Positions 28,879 through 39,853 of a DNA stretch of 64,000 nt are shown piece by piece. The notes under the pieces were generated by a model that made no database searches, was not told where the DNA came from, and was given only the letters and a program-made list of their open reading frames with translations. Numbering within the stretch: position 1 is the stretch's first letter; the number at the start of each line of letters is the position of its first letter. The position numbers and the translations under genes were made by a program. The stretch is taken from IMG/VR virus record IMGVR_UViG_3300032245_001860, positions 1 through 64,000 of that record; one strand, 5' to 3'.

Positions 28879-30405
28879 TTAATTAATTTGATTACCATTT
28901 TCGTCTAATAATGGCAGGTTATATTTTGCTGCTAAATCTTCCGCAGACATTATTTGATCAAATTTTGTAGCAGATTCATTTCCATAACTTTTTACAATTG
29001 CTATAGGTTTCCAGTTTACTAAAACAAATTCATTAAATTCATCTTCAATAAAATCTTTTTCATCTACTATAAGAGGTAATCTATCTGTCCATCTCATTTG
29101 TCTTTGTCTTGGAGCAAAAACATATTGATTTGTTTGTAGGTCATGGTTTGCTGCTAATGTAACGTGTCCTTTTAGCATTATTCCAGCATTGCCCACCCAT
29201 CTATTTTTGTATGGTGGTTTTTTGTAAGCTATGCATGACATTTCTACATTTGACAGATTCATTCTTGGATCTAATTTTGAAGCTTGTCCATAATGTATAT
29301 ATGTAAGAGAGTTTAAGAATTCTCTATTAGCTTTTTGGTTCCATGTAGCTTTGATGTCATGCATTACATCTCTTTGATCTTCTACCATACCGGGTTGAAA
29401 TTTTTCATTCCATTCTTTTAATTTATCTTCACCGGCCCATTCTGCAGTGTTATCAGGTTGTTTAGTAGTGTTTTGTGTATCTGGTAGTGCAGCTATCTTG
29501 ATTTGATTTGTAATTTGATCAGCTAATTCTAACAATCCATTTTCATCTAAATTATTAGCTATTTTAATTAGTGATGCAATGATTTGTTTTTTCTTTATAT
29601 TTTTTGCAACTGAGGTTTTTTGTAAATTTTCTATTTCTTCTTCTGTTGGTGTTAGGTAATCTTTTAGTTCTTCGTGAGCATTTAATTTATCTTCATACCT
29701 TGGTTTATATGCTCTTTCTGCATCATAAATTTCTGTTTCATTTGTCCATTGTTGTTCAAGCCATTCGTTCATGGCTTGCACTTCGGATCTGAATTCTGTA
29801 GGTAATATTTCACTTATTTTGAGTAGTGCAGGAAGAACACGTCTTATATTAGTTTTATTTGTATCTCTATAAACACTTTTAAGTTTTTTGAATTCTCTTC
29901 TTAGTCTATATGTTAATGCAAACTCGCCTTTTTCAATCATTTCTTTGAATTGATCTTTGAGTCTTGTGTTGCCTTCTTTCTTGGTAAATATATAATCATG
30001 AAGAAGATTGACAAACTTTGGAGAATCGATTAGTAGGTCTTGAAAATCATTATTAATATGTCCAGTGCCTTCATAGTCTCTTATAACGTCTGCAAAGAAT
30101 TTATCAGGTGTCCAGTCAATTTTAGTTTCTGGAAAAAATGGTAATTTGACTTTTGGTAATGGTTTTCCATATCCTGCAACATCTTGGTATAGTGTTTCTA
30201 ATAAATTTTGTGGTGGTAATGGTTCTAAATAATTTCTTTTTAAGTCATAAGTTCCAGGATGGTCAAGTCTTTGTGGAGGTAAGTTGAGGATAGCAAGTCT
30301 TGTAGCAAGATTTTGTATTTCATCACTATATCTGTATTGTTCTTGTTGATCAAGAGTATCAGAAATATCATATAAATTAGCTATTACTTGTCTATTATTC
30401 ATCAT
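28879..30405 (-). CDS. Putative virion protein with two copies of the helical tag
   Basis: RQVIANLYDISDTLD and internal KQIIASLIKIANNLDENGLLELADQIT. Confidence 0.7.
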   Translation of the reverse strand: MMNNRQVIANLYDISDTLDQQEQYRYSDEIQNLATRLAILNLPPQRLDHPGTYDLKRNYLEPLPPQNLLETLYQDVAGYGKPLPKVKLPFFPETKIDWTPDKFFADVIRDYEGTGHINNDFQDLLIDSPKFVNLLHDYIFTKKEGNTRLKDQFKEMIEKGEFALTYRLRREFKKLKSVYRDTNKTNIRRVLPALLKISEILPTEFRSEVQAMNEWLEQQWTNETEIYDAERAYKPRYEDKLNAHEELKDYLTPTEEEIENLQKTSVAKNIKKKQIIASLIKIANNLDENGLLELADQITNQIKIAALPDTQNTTKQPDNTAEWAGEDKLKEWNEKFQPGMVEDQRDVMHDIKATWNQKANREFLNSLTYIHYGQASKLDPRMNLSNVEMSCIAYKKPPYKNRWVGNAGIMLKGHVTLAANHDLQTNQYVFAPRQRQMRWTDRLPLIVDEKDFIEDEFNEFVLVNWKPIAIVKSYGNESATKFDQIMSAEDLAAKYNLPLLDENGNQIN

Positions 30406-30806
30406 TGATCCAACTTATCGTCTAAATCTCTTGCGCTATCAAAATCCATATTTTCTACAAGTAATGAAGATATTTTGTTTCCAGCTTCTTGTAGATTTTG
30501 TATTAGATCTCTTCTATGATAATAAAACATAGAGTCATCAGGGCCTTCTTCATTTTCAAGCAATTCTGGTAATGAATTTGCGGTATTGATGATTGTTAGG
30601 ATTTGTGATTTTAGGTTATCTAAAATCACATCAACATTACTAAAATCTTGTTGTATTTCTGGTTTTTGATCACCTGGCATAATAATATCGTCAGGAGAAA
30701 CATCATAAGCTAATTTAGTAAGAGAATTAGCTTCTTTATAATAGCCAGAATTATCAAGTGTATTTGCTATTTTAATTAGTGATGATACTATTTGTTTATT
30801 ATTCAT
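30402..30806 (-). CDS. Putative virion protein with N-terminal helical tag
   Basis: MNNKQIVSSLIKIANTLDNSGYYKEANSLTKLA. Confidence 0.7.
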   Translation of the reverse strand: MNNKQIVSSLIKIANTLDNSGYYKEANSLTKLAYDVSPDDIIMPGDQKPEIQQDFSNVDVILDNLKSQILTIINTANSLPELLENEEGPDDSMFYYHRRDLIQNLQEAGNKISSLLVENMDFDSARDLDDKLDQ

Positions 30807-30860
30807 TTTATTATAGAAACAAGTGGTAAGTAAAATTACCACTTGTTTTTGTTATTTAAA

Positions 30861-31352
30861 TTATCTTAAAGAATTCATTATTTGATTTTTAATTTCTTCG
30901 TATCTATTTTTTTGTTCTCTATTCATTGTCATATTTTCTGCAACTAAATCATCTAAATCTCTGAACACATCTCCCATTTCTGAATGAGTTGGGTTATTGT
31001 AATCTTTGGAGTAATCTTCACGCAGTTTGTCAGCAGGATGATTTCCATGCATATCCATCATACTGCTAATTTCATCTAATCCATTTGAAAGATCCATAGT
31101 TGAATCATTTTCATCTTCGCCATATCCACAGTCAAAACATACACCATCTTCATCAAGATATTCACCACAATCTGGGCAGATACCATAATCTTCTGTGTTA
31201 TATTCATCGTCCTTAGCGATTCTTGACATCACTTTTGTCACTGTGTTGGCTTCTGTAAAAAGGCCAGTATTATCGAGTTCATTTGCGATCTTGTTTAAGG
31301 ATGCAACTATTTGTCTTTTGTTCATATTTTTTTCCTTTTGAGAGGGGTTCAT
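30861..31352 (-). CDS. Putative virion protein: helical tag plus Zn ribbon
   Basis: KRQIVASLNKIANELDNTGLFTEANTVT; CPDCG..CFDCG. Confidence 0.7.
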   Translation of the reverse strand: MNPSQKEKNMNKRQIVASLNKIANELDNTGLFTEANTVTKVMSRIAKDDEYNTEDYGICPDCGEYLDEDGVCFDCGYGEDENDSTMDLSNGLDEISSMMDMHGNHPADKLREDYSKDYNNPTHSEMGDVFRDLDDLVAENMTMNREQKNRYEEIKNQIMNSLR

Positions 31353-31779
31353 TATATTTTTACAATTATAGAAAAGTAATCCCTTTCTCTTTTATAATTA
31401 GGATATGTTTTTAATTTTTGGTGTTGAGTTTTTGACATATACATTTTTTGCTTACACTTCTGAAAATTTTGTAGCTTGGTTTTTGTATATTTTATGTTTA
31501 TGGATAAGTGGTTATTATTGTTGGAAGTATATTTTTGAGAAAGTGAAAACATATAGGTTGGCTTATGTATTTTTATCTAATATTATTTTTTCATTTATAT
31601 TAGTGTGTAAGCTTCTTGATATGTGGTACTCAAATTTATAAACATCTTGTATCAATTAGAACCGCCATTTATAGGCTAAATAGTGAAAAAAGTTGCGACG
31701 GATTGTAGATGACGCAGTAGATAAATAAAAAAGAGGGGCAAAAACCCCTCTTTTTTATTTATAGTATGCGGCAGATAGT

Positions 31780-32730
31780 TTGTACAAGAAGAATATGGAT
31801 CAAACAAAAAGAGTGTTGATTAATGTTCAAAATAATATAAGCATTTACATTGAATTATTAAACGCAATAGAAGCAAATATTTTAGCAATTGATAAAGATG
31901 GTAATGAATCAAGAAAAAAGTTTGAAGATTCAATTTCTTATGTTAGTGGTAATCATAAGTTTAAAATGAAGTATGCTGATTTTTGCAATTTGTTATTGAA
32001 AAATAATCAATCTCTTTCTTTGAATTTGATAATTGAAAGAGCTGAAAAGTGCAATAAGACAATTATATTTTATCATGGCAAAAATAAGAAAAATGAGCAA
32101 GTTTGGGGAGTCAAGTGTTTGTTGTGTGGGCATGAGGCTAAAAAGTTTGCAAGATGGTTTAATCAATGTTCTGGTTGCAATAATTTATATAAAGTCACTT
32201 GTCATGATGAATTTATAGTTGCAGCGAATGAAAAACATATAAATAAATATTTATATGATGATCTTTACATAAATGCTGTTACTAAAATAAATATTTTTTG
32301 CACTATGTGTAAAACATTTTTCAAGCAAACACCTCACAATCATTTAAAAGGAACAGGTTGTCCTAAGTGTAAAATATCCAAAGGCGAATTAAGGATAGAA
32401 AAATACTTAATTAAGAGAAAAAGAAATTATACTTGGCAAAAAGATTTTGATGATTTGAGACATAAACTTAAATTGAAACTTGATTTTTTTTGTCCTGATG
32501 AAAAAACTATAATTGAGTTTGATGGTGAAGGGCATTATCTTCTTTCTTTTTATATTGCCAAGAGAGTGAAAGATCCTGAAAAAGCTTTGAGAGAAGTAAA
32601 ATTAAGGGATGAAATAAAAAATGCTTGGGCAAAAGCAAATGGTTACACAATTATTAGGATACCATATTGGGATTTTGATAGAATTGAAGAGATATTAGAT
32701 GCGCATTTTGAGGGAAAATATGCAAAGTAA
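31780..32730 (+). CDS. Homing-endonuclease-like protein (DUF723-type Zn motifs plus Vsr/DUF559-like nuclease)
   Basis: QTPHNHLKGTGCPKC, SKGE, LDFF, IEFDGEGHY, RDEIKN and IIRIPYW motifs. Confidence 0.8.
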   Translation: MYKKNMDQTKRVLINVQNNISIYIELLNAIEANILAIDKDGNESRKKFEDSISYVSGNHKFKMKYADFCNLLLKNNQSLSLNLIIERAEKCNKTIIFYHGKNKKNEQVWGVKCLLCGHEAKKFARWFNQCSGCNNLYKVTCHDEFIVAANEKHINKYLYDDLYINAVTKINIFCTMCKTFFKQTPHNHLKGTGCPKCKISKGELRIEKYLIKRKRNYTWQKDFDDLRHKLKLKLDFFCPDEKTIIEFDGEGHYLLSFYIAKRVKDPEKALREVKLRDEIKNAWAKANGYTIIRIPYWDFDRIEEILDAHFEGKYAK

Positions 32731-32944
32731 AGAAGTGTATCAAGGTTTAAGTTTTGTAAATAATTTTATTGCGCTTGTTAATATTTTAATATGGCGAGAT
32801 TTATTTTTAATGTTTTTGTGTGGGTTTAATTGTTGTGTATTTGCTTTAAAAATATATTACCCCAATCATACAACAACAAAAGTTATTAGTACAGTTGGGG
32901 CAATTACAATATTTTTAGTATTTGCTTTTAGAATATTTTTCTAA

Positions 32945-33295
32945 TTATTTATTTGTATGTCTGGATTTTAACTTTTGTTGGATATGTCTTTCATCTACAC
33001 CTTTATTTGTAGAGTCCACCATAAATCCAAGAGGTTGATCATATGAACCTCTTCTTGAATATAATCCAGCTTTGTCTAAAAGATCTTCAAAAAACTCATC
33101 ATATTCATTATGATGTAATTTTTTAAGTCTATCTTGAATATGTTCAGTCACTTCATCATGATATTTATTTAGACCATCTTGAAGTGTTTCATAAGTTTCT
33201 TCAGTTCTCACTTCTTCAAGTTGTTCTTCTTTATTATCCATTCTTTCTTTTTGTTGTAATAATGCAGTTTTTATAAATTTAGCCATAAGAATCAC
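32945..33295 (-). CDS. Hypothetical protein
   Basis: GAGGTG RBS; MAKFIKTA start. Confidence 0.6.
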   Translation of the reverse strand: MILMAKFIKTALLQQKERMDNKEEQLEEVRTEETYETLQDGLNKYHDEVTEHIQDRLKKLHHNEYDEFFEDLLDKAGLYSRRGSYDQPLGFMVDSTNKGVDERHIQQKLKSRHTNK

Positions 33296-33525
33296 CTCTT
33301 CTTAATTATTCTTTTTCTTTTTCCAATAATACTTTGAGTCGAACCTCATTTGTATAAATTTGGTATGTTATATTCTTTCATTTTATTTATAAAATTTCTT
33401 TTATTTTTGATTTTATCTTTTTCAGCATTGTTTATTTTGTCTATGGCAATGATCTCTAATTATATTTGTCAAGGGCTTTTAGATTCGGATTATGAATAAA
33501 ACTATAGTTTTTTAGGAGAAAAAAA

Positions 33526-33894
33526 ATGAAAGATGTAATTGCAAAGTTATTAAAAACTGCGAATGATTTAGATGCTATTGGTATGTTCAGTGATGCTAAT
33601 TCTTTAACAAGGTTAGCTTATGATTTTAACAATCCAGAAAAAGAAGAGATAGTGGATGATTCTTTTGTCAATGCGGATGAGCATGAAGAGTTGATGAGAG
33701 TATTAGATGAGATGTCTAACTCTGGCGAAATCGATGACACTCAAGTTCAGCATATTATGGAAATTATTCAAGAAGGCAATCCATCAGCTCATTCTTGGGA
33801 AAAAGAAGAGTTAGTAGATGATTCATTAGCTATGGATATGCCAGTAAAGCAATTTTCAGATAAGAAGAAAAATTACAGTATCAAGGTTTTATAA
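33526..33894 (+). CDS. Putative virion protein with N-terminal helical tag
   Basis: MKDVIAKLLKTANDLDAIGMFSDANSLTRLAY. Confidence 0.7.
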   Translation: MKDVIAKLLKTANDLDAIGMFSDANSLTRLAYDFNNPEKEEIVDDSFVNADEHEELMRVLDEMSNSGEIDDTQVQHIMEIIQEGNPSAHSWEKEELVDDSLAMDMPVKQFSDKKKNYSIKVL

Positions 33895-34139
33895 TGAATA
33901 GAAATTTTGTTATTTTTGATGTAAGTGAAATTCCATTAATTGATTTTACTACAGTTATGGAAACTTCTCCAGATACATTGAGATTGTCAGTCGATGGCAC
34001 TAAAACATTTGTCAAGTGGGAAAATGAAGAACCTGCTTGTATTTCTCTTTTAACTACAAAAACACAAATTTATTCCTACGAAGAAATTTTAGAAATTTTA
34101 GCTGGACCTGAATGGACTCCAGTTATGCCTCCAGTGTAA
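33894..34139 (+). CDS. Conserved small phage protein
   Basis: IDF..VMETS..TLRLSVDGTKTFVKW...EW pattern common in aquatic phages. Confidence 0.7.
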   Translation: MNRNFVIFDVSEIPLIDFTTVMETSPDTLRLSVDGTKTFVKWENEEPACISLLTTKTQIYSYEEILEILAGPEWTPVMPPV

Positions 34140-34140
34140 A

Positions 34141-37134
34141 ATGAAAAAATTAAGTTATAGAATTGTAATATCTGGTATCAAAGAAGATATTGAAGCGCTT
34201 TGCAAACATATTGGCTTTACTGATCCTGAATATATAAAAGTTGTTAGGCAAAAAGTTGATGACTACAAAGGTTATCAAGTTTTTGCTGCTTGGTTATATA
34301 TTAGGGATGTTGAACCTGAATCATATGTTGTTGCATTGAATAAATATGTTAAAGCCAGACAATTAGATCCTTCAAAAATAAAAGTCACTAAAGATGCTGT
34401 TTCTATTAATGACAATGTTTTTAAGGATAAAATTGAGCTTACTGAATATATCCATTCTACATTCCCCATTATGCAAGTTGAGCAAAAAAAAGATAATGAG
34501 GAAGTAAAAAGCGAAGATCCAGTAATTGTCAACAAAGATAATTCTATAAAAATATATGAAGTTAATAGTGCAGATGATGGTAGAAGATTAGTTGGTGATG
34601 ACACTTCTTGGTGTATTGGGTACAAAGGCCCAAGTAATATGTGGCAGGGTTATAGAGACACCAAAGAATCTTCATTTTTTATTGTTTTTGATAATAATCC
34701 TCCTACTCCTGATCAAAGAAAAGTTGCGATTGATTTTACTTTTAGAGGTGTAGAACTTACTGATATACCTAATCGCACAGGTACACAATTGACTAATGGT
34801 ATGGATTGGGATGCTTATTCTAATTATCTTAAAAGTAGAGGGATTAATTTAGAAGCAAAAAGAGTTAATCCTAATACTGGTCAAGAAGAAAAGATACTTC
34901 AAAATAAACCTGTATCTCCTGAAGAAAAAATTCAAAAAGCAACATTTTCTACTGTAAATATGACTTCTGCCAGAATATTAGAAAAAAATACTGTTATGTT
35001 ATGGCAGTCTGGTAAATGCGAAATATATACGGGTACTCTTAACAGAAATTTTTTAGTTGAGCACGTTTTTCCTAAAGACCCAAAACAAACTTATCTTCAA
35101 TATCCTGATGACCGCACTGATTTTTTGATTACTATTGACAATCCAGATGCTATTTATTACACAGCAAGATGGATGTCTCAAGGAAAACCATTTACAGATG
35201 AAATATTAACATTTCTTATGAAATCTGTTGGTGGTGAAGATGTTTTATCAAAATTCTTAAACTCTGGCGCTGAAGTTCAAGACTCTCAATACAAAATTAT
35301 AAGAGAAAATAAAAGCTTATGGAAAACATACATAAGAACACAAATAATTAAGGCTGAGCAAACTGGGTACTATACACTTCCTTTTGAATATTTCAAAGAC
35401 TTAATGAATTCTGGCAACGATAAACTGATTACATATTATTTATCACTTGGCCTTAATGCAAGCCGAGAATTTGATGTCAAATTATTAAGAGATGAATTTC
35501 CAAATTACCTAAAATTATTATTGATGAGTTCGATGGGAGAAAATAAATCAAATCAATTTGCTCCATCAGTGCAACAAATAATAGTTGATACAAAAGATAA
35601 AGAAATTATTCAAAAATTTGTTCAAGTAGCAACAAATGTAACACCAGATATTGCCTCACAAATACAATCTGATCCAGAATTGTTTTTATTTTATAGTAAA
35701 GCTAATTTGGCGAAACCAGGCAGGAATGCATTTTTTGGTGAATTGGGCAATAAAATGGTTGATGCTGTTTTGAGATCTGGTGATAGAGAAGCAGTAAAAA
35801 AGGCAGCTCTTGGTAGGGGCTTTGAATATCGTGATTTTGCCCTGGCTAAAGAAATGGGTGTTTATGATGAAGCAAAGTTATCCATTTTAAATCCTAATAC
35901 TGTTGATCCAGATATATATCAATTATATGATCCTTCCAATCCTTATGATGTGTCATTAGTAGAGCAAATTCAAGATGTAAATGTTTTATCTTATTTGCAT
36001 CCTGAGTGGAGATCAAATTCAAAAGTTTCGATGGCTAATGCAATAATTAATTTTGAAAATAGACCTCATTCTCAAGAAAAACCAATACCTGATTCTGTTT
36101 ATGAACTAATGTTATATTTGATCAATGACAGTGATTATATGGCTTTTATAAGTCAATATGAATTAAGCGAAAGTGAACAAAATAAACTCAAATCTCTTTA
36201 TTCAGAATTGCAAAATTCATTAAAAAATCCAGAATTTGTAAAAACCTTTTTTACCAATTTCCAATTGATTAAGGGCAATACTCCTGGAATCAGTAGAATG
36301 TTTTCAATGATATATAATAATGTATCCGATGTTTTAAATATTCTACCGAGTGAAGCTTTATCAATTCCAGAAGTAAAAGAATATATTGAAGAGTATATAG
36401 AAGATATTAAATTTGAAAGTCTTTTAAAACATATTGATGTACCTTGGTTGTATGAAGAATTTGTGGAAAGTTGCGCTAAAGACCAAGACTTCTTAAGGCA
36501 AAAATTTAATGATTTTTACAATAAAGACAAAGAATTTGCTTTCCATTTTTTAGGTGATTGTTTTGAAAAACAAAAACCAGATTTAGGTTATTTTATTGCT
36601 ATTCCAGTGAACGTAAAAATTAAGGTAGCTTCTATTTATTTTGAAATTTATCCTGACGAAAAAGAAAGTGAAGAGACCTTAAAAAATAATTTTTTTGATT
36701 CTTTACTGATGAATAAAGGAAATAGAAGTTCTATCACTGAACAGCTTTACATATTAAGAAATTTTCCTAAATTATTCTATTATAAAATAGTACATGGTCT
36801 TCTTATGTTAAGATACATTTATCCAGAAATAAGATCTGCATTAAGACAAATGTATCCTAATATAGCCAATTTAATTCTTCAATATGAAACTGAAACAAAA
36901 TATGGAAGTGATTATTTTGATGAAAATACTGAAGAAGTAATGAGAGGGAAAAGACCAGATGAAGTTGAACCAGAACAACAAGATACATTCTATGATGGTC
37001 CCTCTGAAGAAGATTGGCCAAAGCAAGCTTCAATAAAACTTATGGTAAAAGTTGCCCAAAAACTTGATTTAAAAAAGAAATATAAGTTAGCAGATAAGTT
37101 TACAAATATATTGAGAAAATACAATGTTCAATAA
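34141..37134 (+). CDS. Large paralogous protein 1 (TxWCI domain, C-terminal tag)
   Basis: GDDTSWCIGYKGPSNMW..Y; C-terminal MVKVAQKLDLKKKYKLADKFT. Confidence 0.8.
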   Translation: MKKLSYRIVISGIKEDIEALCKHIGFTDPEYIKVVRQKVDDYKGYQVFAAWLYIRDVEPESYVVALNKYVKARQLDPSKIKVTKDAVSINDNVFKDKIELTEYIHSTFPIMQVEQKKDNEEVKSEDPVIVNKDNSIKIYEVNSADDGRRLVGDDTSWCIGYKGPSNMWQGYRDTKESSFFIVFDNNPPTPDQRKVAIDFTFRGVELTDIPNRTGTQLTNGMDWDAYSNYLKSRGINLEAKRVNPNTGQEEKILQNKPVSPEEKIQKATFSTVNMTSARILEKNTVMLWQSGKCEIYTGTLNRNFLVEHVFPKDPKQTYLQYPDDRTDFLITIDNPDAIYYTARWMSQGKPFTDEILTFLMKSVGGEDVLSKFLNSGAEVQDSQYKIIRENKSLWKTYIRTQIIKAEQTGYYTLPFEYFKDLMNSGNDKLITYYLSLGLNASREFDVKLLRDEFPNYLKLLLMSSMGENKSNQFAPSVQQIIVDTKDKEIIQKFVQVATNVTPDIASQIQSDPELFLFYSKANLAKPGRNAFFGELGNKMVDAVLRSGDREAVKKAALGRGFEYRDFALAKEMGVYDEAKLSILNPNTVDPDIYQLYDPSNPYDVSLVEQIQDVNVLSYLHPEWRSNSKVSMANAIINFENRPHSQEKPIPDSVYELMLYLINDSDYMAFISQYELSESEQNKLKSLYSELQNSLKNPEFVKTFFTNFQLIKGNTPGISRMFSMIYNNVSDVLNILPSEALSIPEVKEYIEEYIEDIKFESLLKHIDVPWLYEEFVESCAKDQDFLRQKFNDFYNKDKEFAFHFLGDCFEKQKPDLGYFIAIPVNVKIKVASIYFEIYPDEKESEETLKNNFFDSLLMNKGNRSSITEQLYILRNFPKLFYYKIVHGLLMLRYIYPEIRSALRQMYPNIANLILQYETETKYGSDYFDENTEEVMRGKRPDEVEPEQQDTFYDGPSEEDWPKQASIKLMVKVAQKLDLKKKYKLADKFTNILRKYNVQ

Positions 37135-39853
37135 TCGTATAGTAGTTGCGCAAGCTGAATTATTAAGACAAATCTTTCTTGCCAAAGAAAAAGATTATAG
37201 TGAGTTTAGAGATTTAGTTCAATCATATCAAGGCCCATATAAACTTTTGTCTGCTTGGTTATTTGCAAGAGATTTTCAAAAACCTCAAGTGGATGATATT
37301 GTTAGACATTTAGATCCATATATCAGAAAAGGTCATTTGAAGCCTGGTGAAATAAATGTTTCACCTAATGCAGTAAAAATCAGAGACAGTCAAGCTTTTG
37401 AGGAAATAGTTCCTTTCACAGATTATATTCATGCGCAATTTCCAGTAGCAACAAAAGAATCTAAAGAACCTGTAAAACAACAAGTTGAAGATATTCCTGT
37501 AGCCACCGGAGATGGAATAAAAATATATCAAATCAATAGTGCAGATGATGGAAGAAGATTAGTTGGCGGCGATACAAAATGGTGTATTGGTTATCCTGGT
37601 CCTAATAATATGTGGCCTCATTATAGACAAAATCAAGCTTCCACATTTTTTGTTGTATATGATGAAAATCCTCCAACTTCTGATCAAAGAAAAGTAGCTA
37701 TTGATTTTACTAAAAATGATATTCTATTAACAGATATACCTAACACAACTGGACATCAATTGTCTAATGGTATGGACTGGGAAGATTATTCTAAATATCT
37801 TATGAAAAAGGGCGTAAATTTAGATGCTACAAGAATAAACCCTGAAACCAATGAAGAAGAAAAGATTTTTCAAAATAAACCAGTTACACCACAAGAAAAA
37901 TTAGTAACTACTTTATTTAATTTGACAAGAAATCAAAGTAAATATCAACCCAATTTAGGTCTTACTCCAGAAGATATAAAAATGTGGTCTACTGGTAAGT
38001 TTCAAATAAGATCTGATATGGAAAACCAAACTGTCATTCAAGCAGATGATAATGATCCAAATTATTTTTATTTTAGAAAAAATTCCAGATCAACTCCAAT
38101 AAATCTTCCAACAGAAGAAGAAATTCCTGGCATAAGCATTTCAAAAGAGCCTATGGATAATCCTTCAGGTGATGGAAGAACCCTATATAGTTCTATCACC
38201 ATAAATACAGATGAAACAAAAACATTTCTATCAAAATTTATTGGTATGGGATGGATTTTACCAGATCCAATATTTGATTATGTTATTGATTTACCTGATG
38301 GCAAAGATATCATAATTCAATATATAGACACAGGATTAAAACTTCCAAAACAGCAACTGGACAAAATAAAAAATGTACCAAGTTTCATAAAAAGCTATGT
38401 TCGTAAACAACTTCAAGCTGTAGAAAGAGCTGGTTCTACAGATTTAGAATTTTTAGAATTTGCAGATCCAAATGACCTAAAAATCAGAAATCAAGTTTTA
38501 GACGCACTTTATTCAAGATATGAAAATCAATCATATGACGATATGAATATTTTCTTTGAAAATACTCCATTAGAATGGTACAAAATACCTCAAATAGGTT
38601 TATTCTTAACAGATAAAACTGATTATATTGATTTCAATGATGAGTTAGCTATAAAAGTTGCCCTTGCTAAAGGTATGTGGTTTTATCTTAATGAAAATCC
38701 AACACTTGAAAATGCTCTAATATATTTGCATGATTTAAATGCTATAAATTCATTTAAAGACAAAGCAATAGCAGAAAAATATCATCCAACATTTTTTGAA
38801 GCTCCTTATTTTTTAGGAGTATGGAAAAAATTGTGGGATAAAGTTCCTGATTCTTTAAAAAAACTTCCTGAACTAAATCAATATAAAGCAGTGGGTGAAT
38901 TTGAACCATATGGTGGTTTACATCTTGAGCAACCATATCCCGGCGATGACATTGAATTATTATATGAAACAGCTGCAATTAATATTTTGGCTGGTAATGC
39001 ACAAAGAACTTATTTATATAAAAATAAACCTGAATTTTGGATGTATTTAATAAAGAATTTTAACAAATTGATGGAAGGTGTTTTCAGGAATATTAATTAT
39101 ATAACTCTTGAATCTGAAACTGATGAAGATGGCAATGATACTGAAACTAAAACTTATAGTAGACATGATCAAAGAGAAAAATTTTTAAAGTATTTTTCTT
39201 ATGCTTTGTCAACTAATATTTTAAGTAATCCTGAAATCATATCAGCTATAAAAGACAATTTTAAGGAAAATGAAACAGATTATATATTATCTGGTTTTAT
39301 GAATGTTCCACAAGTATTAGATTATTTCGTTGAAAAAATAAATACTTTTTCAGATGCATATCAAATAGCTGATTTTAGGTTTTCAAATTTATTTATGAAA
39401 GAAAACCCTATTTTAAGAAAAATTACACAAAATGGTTTTGATGTTGATAATTTCTTAAATGTTACATTTCAGCCTTTGCATCTTATTTATAATGCATACA
39501 AATGGTATCCAGAAATAATTGATAAGATTAGCGATGAAGGTTTCCTTAAAATTTTAAAATCTCCAAGAGACAGTACTATTGCAAGAGAATATTTCAGTTT
39601 CTTGCTTGAAAAAAGACCTAATGTTATATGGACTTTATTTGAAGAAGGTTCAAGAATATTTACCTACGAGCAAAGAGTTTTCCTGACACAAAAGAAAAAA
39701 GAAATGTCTCAACAACCACAAGAACCAATTGAAGAAGAACCTACTACAGCTTTTGTAAAATCAATAGTGAAGGTGGCTAATAAACTTGACAGCAAAAATA
39801 AATACAAGTTAGCGGACAAGTTTACAAATATCTTGAGAAAATACAATGTTTAA
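37124..39853 (+). CDS. Large paralogous protein 2
   Basis: GGDTKWCIGYPGPNNMW..Y; C-terminal IVKVANKLDSKNKYKLADKFT. Confidence 0.8.
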   Translation: MFNNRIVVAQAELLRQIFLAKEKDYSEFRDLVQSYQGPYKLLSAWLFARDFQKPQVDDIVRHLDPYIRKGHLKPGEINVSPNAVKIRDSQAFEEIVPFTDYIHAQFPVATKESKEPVKQQVEDIPVATGDGIKIYQINSADDGRRLVGGDTKWCIGYPGPNNMWPHYRQNQASTFFVVYDENPPTSDQRKVAIDFTKNDILLTDIPNTTGHQLSNGMDWEDYSKYLMKKGVNLDATRINPETNEEEKIFQNKPVTPQEKLVTTLFNLTRNQSKYQPNLGLTPEDIKMWSTGKFQIRSDMENQTVIQADDNDPNYFYFRKNSRSTPINLPTEEEIPGISISKEPMDNPSGDGRTLYSSITINTDETKTFLSKFIGMGWILPDPIFDYVIDLPDGKDIIIQYIDTGLKLPKQQLDKIKNVPSFIKSYVRKQLQAVERAGSTDLEFLEFADPNDLKIRNQVLDALYSRYENQSYDDMNIFFENTPLEWYKIPQIGLFLTDKTDYIDFNDELAIKVALAKGMWFYLNENPTLENALIYLHDLNAINSFKDKAIAEKYHPTFFEAPYFLGVWKKLWDKVPDSLKKLPELNQYKAVGEFEPYGGLHLEQPYPGDDIELLYETAAINILAGNAQRTYLYKNKPEFWMYLIKNFNKLMEGVFRNINYITLESETDEDGNDTETKTYSRHDQREKFLKYFSYALSTNILSNPEIISAIKDNFKENETDYILSGFMNVPQVLDYFVEKINTFSDAYQIADFRFSNLFMKENPILRKITQNGFDVDNFLNVTFQPLHLIYNAYKWYPEIIDKISDEGFLKILKSPRDSTIAREYFSFLLEKRPNVIWTLFEEGSRIFTYEQRVFLTQKKKEMSQQPQEPIEEEPTTAFVKSIVKVANKLDSKNKYKLADKFTNILRKYNV